NCBI GenBank assembly: GCA_041736305.1
Contig: JBGSTX010000309.1
Span: 1-10,718 of the forward strand
Origin: Oligoflexus sp.
GTDB lineage: Bacteria > Bdellovibrionota_B > Oligoflexia > Oligoflexales > Oligoflexaceae
Length of the DNA: 10,718 nt
Direction: 5' to 3'
The position numbers were made by a program, and so were the translations under genes. Shown here one piece after another: positions 6,857 to 10,718 of the stretch. Every line of letters starts with the position of its first letter. The first letter of the stretch is position 1. Below the pieces are notes generated by a model that was not told the DNA's origin, did not search any database, and saw nothing but the letters and a program-made list of their open reading frames with translations.

Positions 6857-8437
6857 TCAAAGAGGAATATTGCCATGCTTGCGCTTGGGGTTTTCGACCC
6901 GCTTGTGGCGACAGGAGCGCAGCCCCTCGATCAGCCAACGACGAGTTTCCTCGGGATAGATCACTGCATCGACATAAGCTCGACGCGCTGCTTCATAGGG
7001 TGTCGCAAATTTCGCCGAATAGTCTGCAACGAGTTGCTTCCGGGTAGCCTCCGGATCCTTCGACTTCGTGATTTCGCTGCGGAAGATTATATTGCAGGCA
7101 CCTTCAGGTCCCATGACGGCGATTTCTGCCTGTGGCCAGGCTAGATTGAGATCAGCGCCGATATGCTTCGAATTCATCACATCATAGGCTCCACCGTAGG
7201 CCTTGCGCGTGATGACGGTGAGGCGGGGTACGGTCGCCTCGCTGAAGGCATAGAGGAGTTTGGCACCATGACGGATGATACCGCCTTTTTCCTGCTGGGT
7301 ACCCGGCAGAAATCCAGGAACATCCACAAAGGTCAAAAGCGGGATGTTGAACGAATCGCAAAACCTAACAAAGCGAGCAGCCTTCACCGAAGCGTCGATG
7401 TCGAGCACTCCGGCCAGATGATTCGGATTGTTCGCGACTATTCCTACGGGCTGGCCTTCGAGCCGACCGAAGCCAACGACTATATTCGCGGCATATTCTT
7501 CTTTGATCTCATAGAAGGTTCCTGGATCGAGGATGATCTTCAGAACTTCCTTCATATCGTAAGGCTGATTGGGGTTGTCTGGCATCAGCTCCCGCAGCCG
7601 GTACTGCGAGTCGGCTATGGACTTGCTCACCGCAGGTTCCTGGCTGAGCGGCACCAGAGGAGGAGCATCGAGATTGTTGGACGGCATATAACTCAAGAGC
7701 TTGCGAACCGCGAGCAGACCTTCCGTCTCCGAACTCTGCCGCAAATCGGCTACTCCGCTGTTTGCAGTGTGAGTGTGGCTCCCACCCAGCTCTTCGAAAC
7801 TCACTTCTTCACCCGTTACAGTCTTGATCACTTCCGGGCCGGTAATAAACATGTGGCTCGTGTGATCAACCATGAGAGTGAAATCGGTGATGGCAGGCGA
7901 GTACACCGCTCCTCCCGCACAGGGGCCAAGAATCGCTGATATCTGGGGAATGACACCCGAAGCCTGCACGTTGCGATAGAAAATATCGGCATAGCCACCG
8001 AGACTGGCGACACCTTCTTGAATGCGCGCTCCGCCGGAGTCATTGAGGCCGATGAACGGAGCCCCATTGCGCAGGGCCATATCCATCACCTTACAAATTT
8101 TCCGGGCAAAGGCAGCGCTGAGACTTCCACCAAAAACAGTAAAGTCCTGGGAAAAAAGGTAAACCAAGCGACCTTCGATGGTGCCGTAGCCGGTGATCAC
8201 TCCGTCGCCGAGGAAGAGCTTGTCCTCCATCCCAAAATCCTGACAATCATGCGTAACAAATCCGTCTAGCTCGCAGAAAGAACCAGGATCGAGCAGAAAG
8301 TGAACGCGCTCGCGAGCCGTCATCTTCCCTTTTTTATGCTGAGCATTGACCTTATCCTCACCACCGCCAACTGCCGATTCGGCTCTCAGTGCACTCAGCT
8401 TATCAAAGGCCCCTTGCCTTTTGGATGTTTCAAGCAT
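6857..8437 (-). CDS. pccB: Acyl-CoA (propionyl-CoA type) carboxylase carboxyltransferase beta subunit
   Basis: QHKKGKMTARER, GDGVITGYG, QDFTVFGGSL, NDSGGARIQEG, GPCAGGAVYSPAITDF, VDVPGFLPG, IIRHGAKLLYAF, RKAYGGAY, AVMGPEGA and C-terminal RKHGNIPL. AAGGA upstream. Confidence 0.95.
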   Translation of the reverse strand: MLETSKRQGAFDKLSALRAESAVGGGEDKVNAQHKKGKMTARERVHFLLDPGSFCELDGFVTHDCQDFGMEDKLFLGDGVITGYGTIEGRLVYLFSQDFTVFGGSLSAAFARKICKVMDMALRNGAPFIGLNDSGGARIQEGVASLGGYADIFYRNVQASGVIPQISAILGPCAGGAVYSPAITDFTLMVDHTSHMFITGPEVIKTVTGEEVSFEELGGSHTHTANSGVADLRQSSETEGLLAVRKLLSYMPSNNLDAPPLVPLSQEPAVSKSIADSQYRLRELMPDNPNQPYDMKEVLKIILDPGTFYEIKEEYAANIVVGFGRLEGQPVGIVANNPNHLAGVLDIDASVKAARFVRFCDSFNIPLLTFVDVPGFLPGTQQEKGGIIRHGAKLLYAFSEATVPRLTVITRKAYGGAYDVMNSKHIGADLNLAWPQAEIAVMGPEGACNIIFRSEITKSKDPEATRKQLVADYSAKFATPYEAARRAYVDAVIYPEETRRWLIEGLRSCRHKRVENPKRKHGNIPL

Positions 8438-8475
8438 CGATGCTTTCCTTTCGTATTCCGACTAAGGAGACGCGT

Positions 8476-9228
8476 TCAGGTTTGCCGGCCCGGGAATTCC
8501 TGCCAAAGATCTTCAACGAAGAGACGCTGCCAGAGATCTTCCCAAAGAGGAAACTGCTCAGGACTCGGTTGAGGATCCTTGTCGCGCAAGGGTTTTCGCA
8601 CCTCAGCACTGCGACTGCCGATCCAAATCAGTTGGCCATTGTTGGTGTCGATGAGGAGTAGTGCAACCGTGGCCCTTCGCTGTGCATAAACGAGGCCGCG
8701 ATCATCCATGCGCCGGCTATTGGCACTGACAATAAAAGGGAGAAGAATCGCATCGCTGCTGGAAGCTGCCCGACTGAACTGGGTCAACCAGCTTCGCCAC
8801 TCGGCACGGGGAGCAATCACCTCGCGGTAGTAGCTGATAGCTTCTTCACATTTGGCACAGGACTGACCGGGCTGAAACCACAGCTGGTCGAGCTGAGAAA
8901 GGAGGGCTTTTTGGCCATTTCTTTCGAGGAGAGCAGTGACAACACGGGGACTCACACCGCGCATATAGGGCTGCCCCTCGAAACCTTGCAAAACATACTG
9001 GTTAAATTGCTGACAAAGACTCTGCAGGTCCTCCGCAGCCAGTTCCGTAGGTTTCTGACCCTCGAAGCGAGCGCCTTGCGGCCACAAGCGACAGGGAAGC
9101 ACCGCGATACGCGCAGGAATGTGGGCGAGGTATTCCTTCTGAACACCGTAGCGAGTCTCGATAGCTGTCACACACCCTGTGCCCCAAAGGCAGAAAAGTA
9201 GTCCCAAGATCTTTTGCCACTGTCTCAA
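8476..9228 (-). CDS. Putative lipoprotein, probably CsgG/LpoB/GNA1162-like alpha/beta fold
   Basis: TTG start with AAGGT upstream. MRQWQK-ILGLLFCLW-GTG|C is a near-lipobox signal. Motifs RIAVLP, DAILLPF and VALLLIDTNNGQLIW resemble that superfamily. The fold assignment is inference. Confidence 0.75.
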   Translation of the reverse strand: MRQWQKILGLLFCLWGTGCVTAIETRYGVQKEYLAHIPARIAVLPCRLWPQGARFEGQKPTELAAEDLQSLCQQFNQYVLQGFEGQPYMRGVSPRVVTALLERNGQKALLSQLDQLWFQPGQSCAKCEEAISYYREVIAPRAEWRSWLTQFSRAASSSDAILLPFIVSANSRRMDDRGLVYAQRRATVALLLIDTNNGQLIWIGSRSAEVRKPLRDKDPQPSPEQFPLWEDLWQRLFVEDLWQEFPGRQT

Positions 9229-9307
9229 AGGTCATACCTTTCGTTACTAGCAAGCGATAGCTTCCCAGCAGGTTTACCAAAGGCTCGGCGGCGAATCTAG
9301 GAAAGAG

Positions 9308-10009
9308 TCAGATTTTGGCTTTTTGAAGGTCGCGCAAGCGAGACAGCTCGCGAGGGGCGTCATGACTCTGCTGACAGATCCAGCGATTCAGGAGCTGATT
9401 CCGCTCAGCAGCATTCAGATAGAAGCGATCGGCTGCTACTGCGGTCCGACATCTTTGTTGCAGATTAAAAAGAGTGAGTGCAACAGAAACCGATATGTTG
9501 AAACTTTCGACCATGCCGTACATGGGAATCGTAAAGCGATGGTCGATGTGATCCATCCATGATGCGTGCAGACCCGCATGCTCGTTGCCAAAGACTATGG
9601 CTAAGGGACGATCTATAGGAATTTCTCCCACAGTGACGGCATCCTGAGCCGGATAGGCCGCAGCTATCGCATAGCCATGAGTTCGCAAGGCAGCGAGATA
9701 GAGCTCGATGCTGTTGAACTTTTGCATATTGAGCCAGTAACGAGAGCCGCGCGCAACGGAAGAAGGCTTGCCGAATTTCTGCTGCACATTGACCAGATCC
9801 ACGTTCTGAATGCCAAAAGCCTCAGCCGAGCGCAGACAAGCACCGACGTTGTGCGGATCATGTACGTCCTGCAGCACAAGACGGAGATACCCACTGCGTT
9901 GCCTGGCGACTTTTTCCATTTTCGCCCGGCGCTCAGGACTTAGTTTCCCACTTAAAAGTTGCCAGGCATCAGCAGGGCTCGGCTCGCAATCGAAGGTATT
10001 AAGATGCAT
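9308..10009 (-). CDS. trmH: TrmH/SpoU-family tRNA (guanosine-2'-O)-methyltransferase (233 aa)
   Basis: SPOUT motifs LVLQDVHDPHNVGACLRSAEAFG, IVFGNEHAGL and IPMYGMVESFNISVS. Start reassigned from 10258 to the ATG at 10009 (MHLNTF), 1 nt after the upstream stop, which avoids a 248-nt overlap. Confidence 0.9.
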   Translation of the reverse strand: MHLNTFDCEPSPADAWQLLSGKLSPERRAKMEKVARQRSGYLRLVLQDVHDPHNVGACLRSAEAFGIQNVDLVNVQQKFGKPSSVARGSRYWLNMQKFNSIELYLAALRTHGYAIAAAYPAQDAVTVGEIPIDRPLAIVFGNEHAGLHASWMDHIDHRFTIPMYGMVESFNISVSVALTLFNLQQRCRTAVAADRFYLNAAERNQLLNRWICQQSHDAPRELSRLRDLQKAKI

Positions 10010-10010
10010 A

Positions 10011-10718
10011 TCAGAGCTGAACAGGCTGCAAGGTTTCCGAGCCCAAACTGCCGGAACCCGGAACCAAATCTGCAGGAGTTCCGTCGTCGTTGGTTTCAAC
10101 GTCATTGGCGCTGCTTGATCCTCTTGAGTCGGCACTGAAGTCTTCAGCATCGTCATCGACCAAACGAGCTCCAATTTTTTCGAGCGCTGCGCCGACCATA
10201 GGACCGAGCGGAAGCTTGCCTTCCTGCTGATGCGACTGCTGGAGAATATGCTCAGCAAAGTAACGGAGCGCTGTTTCCCAGTTTTTGTTGCGTTCTTCGG
10301 CCATTTCCCGAAGACCCTTCATGCTCGTGTAGAGCTGTTCGAGGCGAAGTACCTTGAGCCGATAACGACGCAGTTCTTCTGGTTTCACGAGGTTTGCCTG
10401 CTCGCGGGCTCGCTCACTTTGCGACTGAAGCTGCTGCTGCTCCCGCTCCCGCTTCTGATTTTGTAGGGCCTGCTGAGCCTCGCGCAACTGAGCTCTTAGG
10501 CTTTCGACCTGCTTCTGGGATTTTTCGTCGGTCTCTTTGAGCAGCTTAGCAGCTTCATCCGTCGCTAGCTTTTTCTCCCGGACGGCGTCGGACAGCTGAG
10601 CTGTCAAGACTCCGACTTGCTCGCTAAGATGTTCGCGCTGCAGCATGTTCTTTTGAGCAAACTCTTCACGCTCGGTTTTGAGGCGGCTCCATTCCAGCGT
10701 TCGTTCGGCTAACTTTTG
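10011..10718 (-). CDS. Coiled-coil hypothetical protein, 5' end beyond the window edge
   Basis: The frame stays open past the 10646 ATG to the window end (...QKLAERTLEWSRLKTEREEFAQKNMLQRE...). Rich in E/Q/K/R/L with heptad character, followed by an acidic low-complexity tail. Confidence 0.8.
   Translation of the reverse strand, partial: QKLAERTLEWSRLKTEREEFAQKNMLQREHLSEQVGVLTAQLSDAVREKKLATDEAAKLLKETDEKSQKQVESLRAQLREAQQALQNQKREREQQQLQSQSERAREQANLVKPEELRRYRLKVLRLEQLYTSMKGLREMAEERNKNWETALRYFAEHILQQSHQQEGKLPLGPMVGAALEKIGARLVDDDAEDFSADSRGSSSANDVETNDDGTPADLVPGSGSLGSETLQPVQL

Noticed and set aside
667..8269. Long plus-strand ORFs (667-1233, 3496-4128, 5564-6511, 7163-7939 and others)
   Set aside because: They lie antisense to well-conserved genes, have no recognisable motifs, and show the composition typical of shadow frames.
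10010..10258. 83-aa N-terminal extension of TrmH given in the track
   Set aside because: It lies entirely within the upstream gene in another frame and has no SPOUT features; the ATG at 10009 gives a normal-length TrmH.
1..10718. CRISPR arrays, tRNA/rRNA genes, transposases, integrases, defence systems
   Set aside because: I saw no repeat-spacer periodicity, cloverleaf or relevant protein motifs; nearly all of the sequence is accounted for by the listed genes.

Overview
A 10.7-kb bacterial chromosomal segment with 11 genes, all on the minus strand. In transcription order (right to left) they are: a 5'-truncated coiled-coil protein, a TrmH/SpoU tRNA 2'-O-methyltransferase, a putative lipoprotein with CsgG/LpoB-like motifs, a three-gene biotin-dependent acyl-CoA (probably propionyl-CoA) carboxylase (carboxyltransferase beta, biotin carboxylase, biotin carrier), a 69-aa orphan lipoprotein with its own promoter and terminator, then ndk, tex, mtnP and a 3'-truncated YbgC-family thioesterase that the ORF track missed. 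The Ndk resembles myxobacterial/deltaproteobacterial-type Ndk, so a Bdellovibrionota/Myxococcota-like host is a tentative inference. I see no mobile element, CRISPR array or RNA gene, and no convincing novel multi-gene system; the content is largely housekeeping. The most unusual signal is compositional: third-codon-position G/T content rises from about 50% on the right to about 90% or more at the left edge, although all genes share one strand. The two uncharacterised lipoproteins and the coiled-coil protein are the other items worth following up.
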